Notes: generated by a model from the letters alone, not told the origin. Numbered from the whole stretch's first letter, positions 1 to 14,771 are shown. The stretch: DNA of 63,382 bases, filler included, from Octopus bimaculoides (GCF_001194135.2; 4 parts of 4 records of this genome joined end to end with filler, not necessarily neighbours in it), one strand, 5' to 3'. Translations and numbers: made by a program.

Positions 1-1
1 A

Positions 2-308
2 AAATACAAAGACCTGGAAATAGAGATAACTCGAATGTGGAATCTAAAAACAGAAACAATTCCTATCATAGTAGGTGCCTTAGGTATAATAAAAAAATAT
101 TCAGACAAATACATAACAAAAACACCAGGACTTACAAATATATATAACATACAGAAAATTGCACTACTGGGTACTGCACACATTCTACGCAAAACACTTT
201 CAATACAGTAAACATAAGAGCACCACAGCAAACCACAGCACATACCCAAGGCGCACAGAGCTGCGCTCGGTAGTGAAGTGAAAGCACGTTATAAAAATAA
301 AACTACTG
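2..308 (+). mobile_element. 3' end of an R4/Dong-clade non-LTR retrotransposon (restriction-like endonuclease C-terminus + 3' UTR)
   Basis: Frame 2..211 reads KYKDLEIEITRMWNLKTETIPIIVGALGIIKK...NIQKIALLGTAHILRKTLSIQ*, the KY-DL..E...W...P...GALG...QK..LLGTA.ILR pattern of R4/Dong elements. It is followed directly by (TAA)n. Confidence 0.85.
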
Positions 309-345
309 AATAATAATAATAATAATAATTAATAATATTAATAAC

Positions 346-377
<32 letters not shown>

Positions 378-389
378 TAATAATAAAAA

Positions 390-521
390 CACGAGAAGAT
401 TCCCAAATTCTGGTTAAAATATCTAAATGGATCACATAAGTAGCTGGCTGAAAAATTTAATGAAATACCTCCATAGCCAGAGACAATGCCTGAATGGCTC
501 ACGGAAAGGAAAACTATCCTT
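390..521 (+). mobile_element. Degenerate R4/Dong-type RT N-terminal fragment
   Basis: Translates as ..FWLKYLNGSHK*LAEKFNEIPP*PETMPEWLTERKTIL, matching the FWxK.L...H..LA..FN......P.WLT.G.T.L motif. Two in-frame stops. Confidence 0.6.
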
Positions 522-600
522 CACTCACCCCAGCTTGCTGGGTGTATTTTAGCAAGAGACCGTAACAAACATGCAGATTTAAAGTAAAATAATAATAATA

Positions 601-803
601 ATCTTGTCTACTACAGGCACAGCGCCTGAAATTTGTGGTGAGTGGATCAGTCGATTACATCGACCTCAGCAATTGACTGGTACTTATTTAATCAACCCCG
701 AAAAGATAATGGACAAAGTCGACCTCGGCGGAATTTGAACTCAGAATGTAGCCGCGAAGCATTTCGGCCGTCGTGTTAATGATTCTGCCAGTTCGCCGCC
801 TTA
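601..803 (-). mobile_element. SINE family A copy
   Basis: Reverse complement of the family A head and core (gtcgacctcggcggaatttgaactcagaa...ctgccagttcgccgcc). Confidence 0.85.
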
Positions 804-925
<122 letters not shown>

Positions 926-3900
926 TGATGATGATAATGATACTTATTTCCTTATTATTGTTGTTGCTCTTATTGTTGTTCTAGTTGTTGTTGTTAAATG
1001 TTTGGTTTTTGTACAAGTTGACTCCAAGTCTCATCAAGAGACCTCAAGAGACAACAAGTTAGAATTTCAAGTCGCTATTATGACTAGGGTTACACAATAT
1101 TTGGTTTTGCACAGAGTAATGTTTTAGAGAGTGTCTCATTATAAGAGAAAAATTAAATAGATTAATATACTGGATAAAAACATCTATGGTATGAGACTTA
1201 CACAAGACAGAGAAATACGTAAATCTTACGAATCAATTATCAAGAGTGTGGAATATTACGGATGCGTTAAATTAGTCTTCAAAACAATGCAATGTGAAAA
1301 TATGAAAATAAAATTGGCGTCACTAACATAGTTGTCTCGGGTAAAAGACATTGATACGATATTCTCAACTCGACGGTGAACGAATAACAAACTCCAGACA
1401 GTTAAACAACTAAATAATAGTGGCATTAGAAAACAGTATTTTGAAAATATGATACAGAAAGATTATATTTACGTGAATATAAGAAGAATATAGGGTCCCT
1501 ATATAAATCTAAGGTAAGATTTGGATTCAGAATTCCATGATAAAAAGTAATGGCTCGAATATATCCACCGATATAGAACAAAATTTATATCGTACAGAAT
1601 TATAAATAATTAATACTTTCTATTAACTGCAGACGACGCCAAATTTTAGGGTAGGTGGTCAATCGATTTTATCGACCATAAATAATGGGGAGTTTTATAT
1701 CTATTACTTTTCAAAATATGATATACAATCGATTTTATCGCTCCAATGTTCAACTAGTACAACTAGTATATATATCATAGATCCCGAAAGGAATGAAATG
1801 CAAATTTGACCTCGGCTGAGCGTATTTTTTAATATATTTAATACAACTACTTTACTTTATCTCCTATCCCTCTCTGTCTATTATTTACGTTAAGGACCCT
1901 CAATTCTCTCAACTTAGATGCAGCACCTTAATTGATATGAAACAAAATATATTTATTATTTATACTTATGTTTAATGATCATACCAAGCTATTTTACTCT
2001 AGTATGGTCTTCCATATATTGTATATATAAAGGGAATGTATACTTAGAGTTGACCCATTGGTGTAACCATGATGTTTTGGTGATCTGATGAGCCAGTTTT
2101 CTCTGTCTGCACTGATTTCTAAATATGCAATTGCATTGTAAAATGCATACCGTACATATTAGTTCAGACACGTCAACATAGCTTATATGATACACAGAGA
2201 TTCTTATTACAGGATGAAGGCTGCGAACCACTGCAAACCTATAGATGACAACAGTTAAATGAATGTATGCACCTCTCATGCCTCCTGACATTTTGTGGTT
2301 TATATATACCTCATGAAATAATTTTATGGAGCAAATGGTGAAAAATATGGCTTGACTGTATAAAGCAGTCGTTCGAGTGACGTCCCAGTCTTATAATAAG
2401 TGTTTGAAGGAGTTGTTATATTTTAGATTAGCTAGTAGCACTAACGCAAGAGACATGCAATAGTTACGAAGAAAAAACAATTTTTATATACAAAATCTAT
2501 ATTAGCTTAGATCACAGCACACAACATAAGAGATACAGAATCGCCTATTATTATTCTTCAAAATATCGCATTATTAAAGGAAGATACGACAATGAGAAAA
2601 AGTATTCCAAACTTTCAAAATCTTTAAAAGCGATAGAATATGCATGTCCCCAAAGAAATTCTTATCAGAGCCAAATTTCCAACCTGAAACACAATTCTAA
2701 TAAGTGGAGTGTGCAATAATCCCGTAGAAGTCATCAATTCAAATCAAGATTTATCTTCACTCTAAATAATCTCACATCACCTGAGATTATGCTACTACGT
2801 ATTATTTTCGTACCAAATAATACATTTGCAGAAATGAAACTCATTATTTCTAGGCAATAATTACAAGATCCTGTCGTTAGACAAAGTCCATTCGACGAAC
2901 AATTAGACAATTAAACAAATCGTCAATATTTGAAACCTGCCCAATTTACTTTTTTTCTTAAATACGGACGAATAAAGAAAATTTAATTTATTCAAAAAAT
3001 ATACACGACTGAATAATGTATAGCAACAAATCGCAGAAGCAAGTTGTGATTACTGAAATTTGAAATTCAAATTCGTTGTTTACAAATTTTCTAAGAAATC
3101 TTTTGATAAACAAAATGTAACTCGGAATTTAAGTAATGACCTCATGAAATGATTCATCAACGAATTTATTTGGATAAAAACAACTAACTGAGAACTTTGA
3201 CAGCAGCAAAATCATTAACCTATTAAATTCTTCAAACACGTAAAATTTGAAACAGTAATAGTTTTCAAGAAAATCTTTAATACAGAAATTAAATACGTAC
3301 CACCAGTTTGGTATTGACAAATCGGCTTTGATGTCGCTAAAAGATCAACGACTTCAATTCCCAGATGCATTTCCGACGTCACGAGCACTCTATAATCACT
3401 AACCCAAACAAAGGAACGAAAAACAACCAAGCATAAACGCAGACAGTCAGCTTACTTCAACAGCAAAGTGAATCAAATATGAAGAACTGCCGCACAAGCC
3501 ATGTGTGTCAAAGACCCACAAGTATTTATTCCATACAAATATGGTTTGGCCCCGGGATTCTTTCAATTTTCCCTTATTTGAAAGTCATGAAACGTGGAAC
3601 TGGTTCAGTAATATTAAATAAATTTTCACAGAATTCTTTTTATGTGTATGTGTGGGTTTTTGTGTGTATGCGTGTGTGCGTGCGTGTGCGTGTGTGCTTC
3701 TGTCAGTGTGTATAAGTACCTATGCATGTATATATTTAAGTCAGACAGAAAGACAAAGAGCACGTGCAGTTAGGTGCTGCGACTAAATGAAATAAAAAGA
3801 GCATGACAGACGGAGTGAGAGAGAGTGAGAAAGAGTGAGCGACAGAGAAAGACAGAGAGAAGGATAGAGAGAAGGAAAGAAAATTCCACAAAGCATAGAC

Positions 3901-6900
3901 AGAAAGATGAGCGAATAGTATCCTTCATTGCAGAGATGACTCTTTGAGAATTGATAAATAAATAAGTAGGGCGACATGAATAAAAGATTCGAAGAATGTG
4001 TCATTCAAACAGTGATGTCACCATGTTTGAGAAAGAAATATTTCCTTGGCAAAGCGGAGACACATATTCTAAGACCACTAATGACGACATATTGCAAAAC
4101 TATTTCTGTTACATTTATAAATAATATTATAATTTTAGTCTAGACGCATAGAAACTTTAAAAAAAGAGAAAAAAAAATCATTTGAAAAATCGAAATTGCA
4201 CAAAAAATTCAAGATAGTGAAATTAAAACGAACCTTGCCAGACAGAGAAATAACAAAGTGTGAAAGAAAATTACATAAGATATCAAATTACGTAAATAGT
4301 ACACACAAAAATATACACAGTATATGTGTACATATCTGTGCTCCAATATATATATATATACTCATATATGTTCTAGCAGGTTACTCTTGTATGCATTCAG
4401 ATATCAATACCTCTCAGATGTATACGTATACGAAGCGTTTTAACTGTAGTCTTTTGAATTGTTTACGAGAATTTCGTATGAAAGTTTCGTGTAATATGAG
4501 TGAGAGTGTTATCTTACAAATGTGTAATATATCACAGACTTTGGGAAATTCACAGCTTTTTAAATATTTCTATACTTACGCAATTGGAATGGAGGCAATT
4601 ATTTTTAAGAGTTAAGTTATCACGAGTGGTTACACTTGTAGATTATAACAGCTAAGGAAGTGGTGAGTATGATACCTTTAATGTTTTGCCTCAATAAGAA
4701 TATCTTACATGTAGACATCTGGAAAATTTCAGACAGCTCCTCGACTGACGGGAAGTCATTGGGTAAGGTGGTTACTTTGTTATGATATACAAAATTGACA
4801 TTGCTATAAGCTTTATCTGGTGGAATTAGTTATACAGAATACTAGATGCTTCATCTCAAGCAACTGTAATTTACGTTTGTATACTAATCACTTTATTGAA
4901 CGGCTGCGTGATATTTGCAGATCTTTTATAAGACCTTCTTCTTCTGTTAAACGTTTAATACATTTTTGTCTTTGGTGTTAACACAGACCCAGACTTGTGA
5001 GATTTACTCCTGCTATAAAATATTAATCAATTGGTAGGGACAGCATTCTTGTTTCCTCCGTGGTATCAGCAATGACATTGTGTTATGAATGGACGTCCAG
5101 ATATTTTAAGACCTATACATGCAATGGCACAATCACGTGACACTCACTTCCCGAGGCCCCTATGATGATTGTTTCAAATTATTTCCAGTTATGGATGTAT
5201 TCTACGCCTCTTAAGGATGAATAAGTTTGAAGCATAAATGATGGTGATTTAGAAGAATAAAAAGTGTAATTATTTGTAATGCAAAATTTCATATGTCGTT
5301 GTGAAGAAATAGAATTAAACATTTGCGATTTCAGATTTCACCGTATAATTCTAAGAGAATAGCAGAGAAGCTAAAGTGAAGAAACAAGGAACCAGTTTCA
5401 GGGATGAGAGAGAACTGCACATTGCAGTATGGGATTGTCATACCTGACGGTTTCGGTTCTTTTGTTGAAGTCTCTTCTCCTTATTTGTGTGTTAATTTTG
5501 AAGTCCCGCATGTTACTGTGTAACCTGGTGCATTCTAATCCCAAATCGATGCGATTGCCAACCTTTTTCAGTGGATCGTGTGGTATCCATTGTGGTAATA
5601 TTTGACGACGATTTGGAATTTGAAAAATGTTGCATGGAGTTCACATTTCCATTCCTCTTATGTTTTAAAATCTTTATAGATGGTAAGCCTGTATAGCATT
5701 ATTTTATTGCTTTTAGAAATCACCAGTATGATATAACCCGTGACGTACTGAATAAATATTTTATGAACTGGGATTAAAAATCAAAATAATTACATCCTTG
5801 AGGAATTATAATCGAATATGCTTTTAATCAGTTTATTTTTATAACATCTTCATAAGTTTTAGAAATAAGAGAAACGTAAGAAGGTTTTTAGCGTTTGCCT
5901 ACGGAATAATGTTTGTTCCAAGACAATTATAGCATGTGAAATTGTGCTTTAATAAACAATAATTTTGATTTCGCACAAGTTCTGGATTCTGGATTTCGTT
6001 CAACAATCAAATGAGAACACGTCTTTTGAACAAATTTCATTCCGACGTCATATGAAAAAATGATGTTAAGAGCTGCTTATATGTTATAAGATTGTAAACA
6101 TTGTTAAACTAGACCATCAGAGCAGCCAGAGCGAAATTAATGGCTATCTCTAGCAGTTGCCGACTCTAGCATGTAGCCTTTGGAATTTTGCCAAAATAAG
6201 TAGGACAGAAACAATATGACGAATGTCATGGTATGTTTGTCTGTTTATTCTTATGTATGCATGTGTGTGCGTATGTGTGTTTGTATGTATGGTATATGTA
6301 TGTCATTATTCCGTTTTATTTCAAGATTGTGTGCCAATAAAGAGAGAGCCGTTTTATAACATAGATCCAAGGCTTTTTTTTATTGGAATTTCAACTTCAA
6401 CAACAAGGTATTTTGGTTTGTATGTATGATATGTACAGATTTACATGCTTTGTTTTATGCATGTATTCTCATGCATAAAGCTGCATATCTAGACTTACTC
6501 ATTTATATTTAAATGACAAACTTCTTGTAGGTATGGTACGAGTGAACGCATGATATATTTCAAAGATCAAAAGTCATTCCAATGTTATAAGCTCATAAGC
6601 TCGGCCCCTGAATTCTGTAGATTTTATATACCGCTCTCAGGAATGGGACGCCGTTCCGTTGCAAGTTTCTTCATTTTTTCCAGGTGAGTGGAGCATCATA
6701 AACTGAAGGGCTGGACTCAAGAAAACAGCGCAACGAACAATTGAGGAATAGACACCACAGTCTTACGATCATAAAGTACAACACTTCTAACAAGTAAGAC
6801 ACGCGATTCTATGTATGGTACGTATGGTATGTGTGTATGTATCATATGAACGCTATCTGTGTACGTATACTATGTATGTAAGAACTGTGTATTCAATTAT

Positions 6901-7924
6901 TTAAATTCTTCCTCTCAGGAAGGATATTGTCTCTATGTGTGTACGCACGTATGTATGTATGTATCATCAGTCAAGATGAAGCAATCATCATGTGTATATG
7001 TATGAATGTATGCATGAATGTACATATGTATGTATGCATGCATGCATCTATGTATGTATTTTTCAATTCATTGCGACAGAATTCGAGAAAGTACAGTGGG
7101 AGAGAGAAAATGAACGAAGAGAAAAAAGTGTAAATATAAAAAAAAAATCTTTCTTGTTCTAGTTTTCTGGAAGCCCGTCCATAATTTAGTGTAATTTCTG
7201 TTATATCAAGGAAAGAGATAATAACAGTTTACTTGGCTACTTTGTCAGTTTATAGAGTGTCTTTAGATTTATAACATAAATTTACATTTAGACATACAGT
7301 CTACAGTCCACCCAAGCTCCAGATGACATTCCGACTAAAACTTTGACCTTTTTGGTATAAAGCACTTGAAATAAGTTGGAGAGGGCGCTTCAGAAATGCT
7401 TATGCATATATATATGTATGTATGAAGGTATGTATGTATGTATGTATGTATGTATGTATGTATGTATGTATGTATGTATGTATATATATATATANNNNNN
7501 NNNNNNNNNNNNNNNNNNNNNNNNNNNNNNNNNNNNNNNNNNNNNNNNNNNNNNNNNNNNNNNNNNNNNNNNNNNNNNNNNNNNNNNNNNNNNNNNNNNN
7601 NNNNNNNNNNNNNNNNNNNNNNNNNNNNNNNNNNNNNNNNNNNNNNNNNNNNNNNNNNNNNNNNNNNNNNNNNNTTGTCTAGACAGAATCTTACGAAACA
7701 GTCACTGAAGTAATTCGTCATCTTTGCACGGAATGGACTGATAAGGGACGTTCACTGTTATTTGATCATCCACAAATCCAAAAGTATCCAAAATTATCCA
7801 ACGATGAATGGCGACGTAAGAGTGTCGTAAAAATAAAATAAAAACAGACGAATAGGTTTCTAGTATTGCAATTGCCGGGAGAAACGATTCCATGAACTCA
7901 TAAATATATTACTAAAATATTATT

Positions 7925-8600
7925 AATATATCCCGGTCACTTTAATCAATAGGGGAATGAACTTACAAAAAACATAGACATCCAATAAAACCCCTTGATA
8001 CACACAACACTTTAATTTATGTATCAATACACAATCCAAGACAAACAGGAATCTACAACATTATCGATTGGAATATACCTCTATTGATGAACGACTTGTG
8101 AATGAAAACAGAAAACGCACAGCACATACAATACTGAGAATTAAAGGACAGCCTATAACTTTGAAAAGGATAATTACTTGTGCCAAAATCTCTATCAAAA
8201 TTTGATCCTCAGCGAGTAAAAAAGAAAATATAACCGACCTAATTGTGGAACCAACATGAACTTCTGTGGGTGTTCGACATATGAGTTTAAGTAACATAGA
8301 AAATAATTTTGTTTGCACATCCGGAAATTTAATTTATATTCTCAAATGTAGTGGGTCCGAGTGGAAACTACATGGGAGAATCAAGTAGAATTCTGAGGGA
8401 CAGAGTGATGCTACATAGGCAAGAGATTTGTCGAGAACTCATTAATAGGAAAAGTAGCTCTGAGTAAACATCTGGATTTGTGCCCCACAAATATCCAAAG
8501 TACTAAATTATCTCTCTATATCAATGTATAGGGAAAACTTCAGCACAATTCCTTTTAAATCTGGAAAATATGTTATAACGAAATAAAAGCCACAACTAAA
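7925..8600 (+). mobile_element. Degenerate Penelope-like element: RT C-terminal linker + GIY-YIG endonuclease
   Basis: Frameshifted pieces LIYVSIHNPR..IYNIIDWNIPLL, KGQPITLKRIITCAK, FVCTSGNLIYILKCSG, NYMGESSRILRDRVMLHRQ, LSKHLDLC and KPQLN follow the Penelope order (HNP; RQPxNLK; CxSxNLIY; YIGET..LR.R...H; KPxLN). Confidence 0.85.
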
Positions 8601-10984
8601 TCCTTTATAATAACACTACAATGAGAGAAATTGATATGTTGAATACAAATAAAACGAATCGGAACAAGAAATTAAACTTCAAGGTGGAAGTAAAAGGTTT
8701 CCTCCGAGATTCGAAACTATATCCTACACTTTCTCAACTCTGTTTGCTGACGTCAGTCTAGAGTTAACTAACTGGGTTGTATTTCTGGTCAGAACCGGAC
8801 CCTCAGGAAAAATGAAATAAACATTCAGCTGACCGAGGCAAGGCATGGGGCATTTTGGGGAATCAGTCAACTGTAACTCAGGGTGAACCATCAGATACAT
8901 CCATAGACATACGTATATACATGTTTGTGTGTGTGTAAAGACACGCACAAACACACACAAATATATACATATTTCTTTTACTGGCCCTCCGTCAGCTAGA
9001 CGATGAAAGCTGCAGCTGGTCCAATCAGACCGCTCGAGAAATTAGGGCGCCTTGTCTGAGCACTACACAGACCAGCGTGCTCTTAACGTAGTTCTCAGGG
9101 AGGTTTAGTGTTACACAGAATGAGACGGGGCTGGCCCCTTTGAATTACAGGAACAGCTCATTTTGCCAGCTGAGTGGACTGAGGTAACATGAATTGAAAT
9201 GTCATGGTCGAGGCCACAACGCACCGTCGAGGATCGAACTGACAATCATGAACCGAATACCAATAACCAATATGAATTGAAGAGAATTATGGGAAAGAGA
9301 TGCGTTTTCTGTTAAACCCTATGTAATGTTCTGAAACAGACGTATTGAATGCTTTATAAAAAATATCATTATTGGGATATGAACTCATAATTAACACACA
9401 CACACACACACATGATGAGGAGGATCATGTATTCAGAATTGTAATTGTAATTGTTTGGTGGGTTACGCTCCGATATATGTCATTCTGACATCTTTATTTT
9501 GAAATTTATCAAAAATTTGGGTAAGACGGCTTGTATCTACACTTCGTCGGTTGATTTCTAATTTTGAATCTAGCTGCGCTGCCAGAGATGTTATGTAACC
9601 CAGCTTCTCAGCAATGCTTTCCAAGGTATTCTTCTCTTAAAATCATATGCAGTTTCTCCCGATAAATATTTCCCTGATAATTCTGATAAAAGATATGTGT
9701 ATGCAAGATGTTGTAATTCGTCTATTTACACTTCTATGTACAATGTAACTTTTCTAAGGAGTCTTTTGTTGTTGTCGATCTTTATCACTTGTACGAAATC
9801 TTTGAATCCACGTTTGAAGGGGTTTCAATAGATCGTCACTAGGCAGATTTAAGAGAATTATCGAGGAACTATGAGTACCTGCTGCTGCATTTAATCTCAT
9901 TTTCTATATATATTGCAGATAGTACATCTTTTATACGAGTGTCATTGATGGATGTCATTTCTCTTTCTAAAGATGTTCTGTTCAACAACTCACCTGCTTC
10001 TCTTCTATTCAGGTTTTATAGTGAATCTAAAGGAAATAATTTTTATTTATTCATTCAAGTTTTCATTTTCCTTTTTAGAATCCTTCAAAAAATTAAATTG
10101 CAATCTTGTAATGACGTAAAGCTTTATACTTTATTTCCAGGAATCTCTATCGACACATAGCTTTTTATATTTTCCACTACTCTCATTATTTTTACTGCTT
10201 CTTCAGTATAAATGACAGTCTTAAGGATCTTTCCTGCGATTTTGAGATTGTTTCTTTACCTTTCCTGAAAAATATTGATGCGCCTGGGGAATGAATTTTT
10301 TTTCCTAAAATTTAACCATCATTTCTGGGAAATATTCCAGCAATACGCTTTGCATTGCTGGTAATTTCTTTAAGTTCCTGTTGAAAATTTTATAATAAAA
10401 TAATACTGTGCATGATCAATAGCTTTCCTATGAGATATGAAAAAAGGAAAACCAAAGGAATATCAAGTTAGACACCATTAGGCTAATTATTAGAATGTGC
10501 AATATGCCTTCACGGTCGATAAGAAAGGTTTAGATTGCATTGTTATTGTCAAAAGTATTGTAATTATTGTTGATATTTTGAGGATGAGTTATTCATGTTC
10601 GTATAATACCTGAGCCAAGTATGAGTTTCCTAATGCCATGTATCACGTCAGATTCTGAAAGAACAACACTTGGTGATATTATGGAGACATACTTCACTTC
10701 TTTAATGCTAAGAAAACAAGTATGAAATTCAGGAGGATCACTCGGCTATTTGTGGTTCAAGTTATACCTTAAAAACAAATTCACAGTTATATTATATAAA
10801 TGTGGTTATTGCCGTTATTTCCTTTCTTTTCTACTCATTTGGTAACATTTTACAATATGATTTGAAGCACATATGAAGTGTTTAGTGTATTTCTGCAATA
10901 AGTTTGTCAAATATAAGATTTTAACGTGAGAGATAAGAGAGTCAATGGTGTCACAAATCGACAGATGCCCGAGCTAATTTAGCA

Positions 10985-11830
10985 ATGAATTTGTTTCTTT
11001 CTTTGCGATACCGAGGGCAACATCTTTTTTCACAAATCTTTGTATCGCATTTGTTTATTGAAAATTTATATCCGAAAGTGACATGCACAATGACAATTGA
11101 AACCAAAGCACAGCGCCTGTGGTTGACGAGAGACTGCAAGGGAAAACCTGCCGCAGGGAAATCTAACTTAGACCTTGCTGTCACACCTAAGCAGAACACT
11201 GAGGTACGAAACGCTTGTCACTCTGAAATACCTAGAGCCATTATGGAAGAGTTAGAGGCTGTTGTAATAAACTTGGAGCTGAAGCAAAATTGGTCAGGGA
11301 AAGGTATGAAACTAACAATACAAGTGAATCCAGAAAGCATTGAAGTCATATCTGGCCTGATGAACCTCCCACTTAAACCAATCTATACGCAACAGTGGAG
11401 CGAAGAATATCAAGATATTCCTTATCTGAAATTATGACCCACTAAGGAGATTTCTGCCCCAAAATGGTTCACGAAAGAGCTGAGGCCCCCTCCCCACTTG
11501 TACACAGAGGCAACAAATCCAATCAAGAGCAAACACACAACCACACTGGATGTAACCAGCAATGGCAACAGTAGCAGCACCAACGGTAATACTAGCAGCA
11601 ACTGCCATGTAGACTGCAACATCAACAGCAACATCAGAGGTCCAAGTACACCAGTAGCAAGAACATCAGTACAAAGAACATTAGCAACATCAACACACTC
11701 AACTCTCACAGAATCACTGATACTTATAATAGGAACAACAACAGCGACAGCAGCAGCAGCAACATGAACAACAACAGCAACAAGTTCATCCTGGAAGATC
11801 ATAACAACAGAGGATATCTTTTATTGCTAA
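10985..11830 (+). pseudogene. Decayed ORF, possibly gag-like ORF1 of an L1/Tx1-type LINE
   Basis: Supplied ORFs 10985..11437 and 11498..11767 are the same frame, separated by a single TGA. The segment EVR...EIP...VINLELKQNWSGKGMKLTIQVNPESIEVISGLMNLP is followed by a low-complexity S/T/N tract. Family assignment rests on recalled resemblance only. Confidence 0.3.
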
Positions 11831-14253
11831 TAGTTATCCCGAGAGACTTATCTCGAATGCTCACAACATAGAAGACATCAACAAAATCAGTGAAAACACA
11901 TGAGTCGTACCAAATCTAAAATGCAAAAAGGAGAAAGAACTCTGCAAAGAACATCCAAAGTTTGTCCGCTTACCAAATTGAAATCGGAAGACAGTGTTTG
12001 ATCAGAGGCCCTAATAGAAGGCACTCGTTCGATCTAGTCAGCAAATGGAATCTAATGAGAAAACACGCAACTGTAAGCAAATGTTTTATGTTTCATTAAG
12101 TTTCACTACGAAGTCAACTTTGCTCTTCATTTTTTCCAGGATTGATAAAATATTGTGCCAGTAAAGTAATTATGTCAGATTAATAGAAACTTTTGTCCGC
12201 CCATGGTCGAGGAGATTTCCCTATATTAGTTATCAGTATTATATTGCGAGGAAAACAAAAATGATTTAATGTAACTATGAAAACGTCATATGGAATAACA
12301 ACAAAAATAGACACAGCTATGAACCCACGAGGGAAATATTATGATAGTTGGTCTGTATGTGACGATGCGTCACGTGTTGAACTTTAGAGTAAGAAAGACC
12401 TGCTAATTTCAAAGAAGTAATATGTGGCAGGAGAAAAAAGGTGAAGACGAAAGATCAACTGAGAGGGAGAGGGGGAGAGAATCTGGATGTATATGTTTAC
12501 ATTTGTATGTGCATGAAATTGTTAGACTTTACACGTACATATGCATACATATTTGTGTGTATGAGCGTGCGAGTGTAAAGTCTAAGTTAATTGTTGTGAA
12601 AGTTGTTGCGGAATGTGAGAAAATGTTACCAGAGAGTGGTAATAAGATTGCAGGAGGGGAGAAAAAATAGGCTAATAAGACGGGGTAAAATTGTCATGGA
12701 ATAAGGGGTGAATGAATTAAGGTAACTGAAGGGAAAGTTGAGGAATTTTAGGGAAAATAAGTGATGGGGCGAATAGCGGAAATGGGAGAGTGTAATGATG
12801 GAGAAATTGACGAAATAACGAAATAATTTTAAAGAAGAAATAGGATAGATTTGAGAGGATGCTTTTTAAACGACTGAAAACGATAAAAATAGAGAAGACC
12901 TAGTGAATGAATGTATGGGAAAGAGACATTGACAAGAATAGAGAAATGAAATAGAGAAGAGAAAGTATAGATTCGATTCGAATTATATGATTGTGTATAC
13001 GTATACGCATACATACATACACATATATTTATAAATATATATATATGTGTGTACAAAGAGAAAGTGATATAAAGTGGGAATCTAGAATGGAGTAGGAGAG
13101 TTCACTAGAATGTAGGGCAGAAATGAAGGACCACAATATTAAACGGTGTAGGAAGTAGAGATATGTATATTGATTGAATGTAAATGAATATATGTGAGTA
13201 ATAAAGAGAGACTTAAGCAAGTGTGACGTTAAACAGATAAGTATACAAAATCAACAACATATATACGCATATATATATANNNNNNNNNNATATATATTTT
13301 GTTATATTGGTATTTGTATGTCTATGTCTATGTGTATGTAGGTGTATGTCTATATATCTTTGCGTATATTTGTATATTTGTGTGTTCTGGTGTAGAGGAA
13401 AAAAGAAGACTGAAATTGAATAAGATCGAAAAAAGAAAGGAAAGTAGAAAAGTAGATTGAAAGGAAAAATTTTAGAGGGAGAAACAATGTGTATGTATAT
13501 GTACTTTTTTTGTGGAATAAGGATATGAATTTCAGTCTGTGCATATATATGTGTCTCTGTGTGTTTGAATAATTAAAAGATAGCTGAGTAAGAGTGTCAT
13601 ATTATGCGAAGTGTAGCAGGGGAAAAGGGGAGAGAAAAACTAATAAAAGTTTAAAAATAAAAGTAATAAAACATGAGCAAAAAGTAAAAAAAAAAAGAAG
13701 GGGAAAAAAACGAAATTTAAATTTGAGAAATTTGCAGACGGAACTGGAAGGAAAAAATATTAAAAACCAATCCCAAGGAGGAAAAAATTACAGAAAATTT
13801 AGAAAAAATATTGATTAAGAAAATGAGGACAGAAACTTAATCAAATTTAGGGAGGGCAAAAATGAAAAGGAAGAAAAAATAAAAAGTATAGTAAAATAAA
13901 AATAGAAATAAAATGATGGTGAAACAAAAATGCCCAAATTGAAAATGGAAAATAAGAAAGCTAACAATCAAAGACATATACAAATTTGTAGGCAAGTACA
14001 CTACAATGAACAGAGTGAATAAGACAGAAAGTTCCACAGTGTCTACATAGGTAAAAAATAAATTGAAAATTATAAAAAAGAAGAGAAAACAAAAAAGAAA
14101 TCCAATCATATCACAATAACGCAAACTTCTGTAAAACAAGGAAGATAATGGGCGAAACTATATTACAAGTAAATTCCAGAAACCAAATATTCGATTGAAA
14201 CGGTATTTTTTATTTCAATTATGTTTCTTGTTTATTATCTGAGTTCATATGCT

Positions 14254-14313
<60 letters not shown>

Positions 14314-14314
14314 G

Positions 14315-14388
<74 letters not shown>

Positions 14389-14703
14389 GTTATTATTGTT
14401 GTTGTTGTGTTTGTTTTGGGGTCGGCTGTTGCAGCTGATTTCGTTGATATTTTTATTTTTACTTATTGTTGACTGAGTCAGACGTGTCGGCCAAACGTTC
14501 TTCAAATTTTAGATAAATATTTTATTTACTGTGAATATAAGTCGTTCAATTTATTTTTTTTATTTTTTTTATTTCGTAAATAGAGAATTTCCATTTCTTC
14601 TGTTCTTTTAAACAACGATCTTTATTCTTCTTATTTAGGTGAACATACTTCAACTGCATTTTTGATTTGACGAAATGGTAAATACAATCTTTAAAAAAAA
14701 TTT

Positions 14704-14771
<68 letters not shown>

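Noticed and set aside
5680-5682. 3-nt ATG microexon pattern (pyrimidine tract-TAG|ATG|GTAAGC) on +
   Set aside because: No host gene is evident and about one such coincidence is plausible by chance in a window this size.
5400-5720. Possible piggyBac C-terminal VRYDN motif or exon on the minus strand
   Set aside because: Single short motif, multiple stops, no TIRs or TTAA TSD found.
9450-10350. Purine-rich minus-strand stretch with coding-like fragments
   Set aside because: Different frames give equally weak LINE C-terminal-like motifs with many stops. Cannot be assigned.
11422-11802. Hydrophobic minus-strand ORF as a possible third TM exon
   Set aside because: Antisense of a CAA/CAG-rich tract, no splice acceptor context, no tail, and separated from exons A and B by three scaffold spacers.
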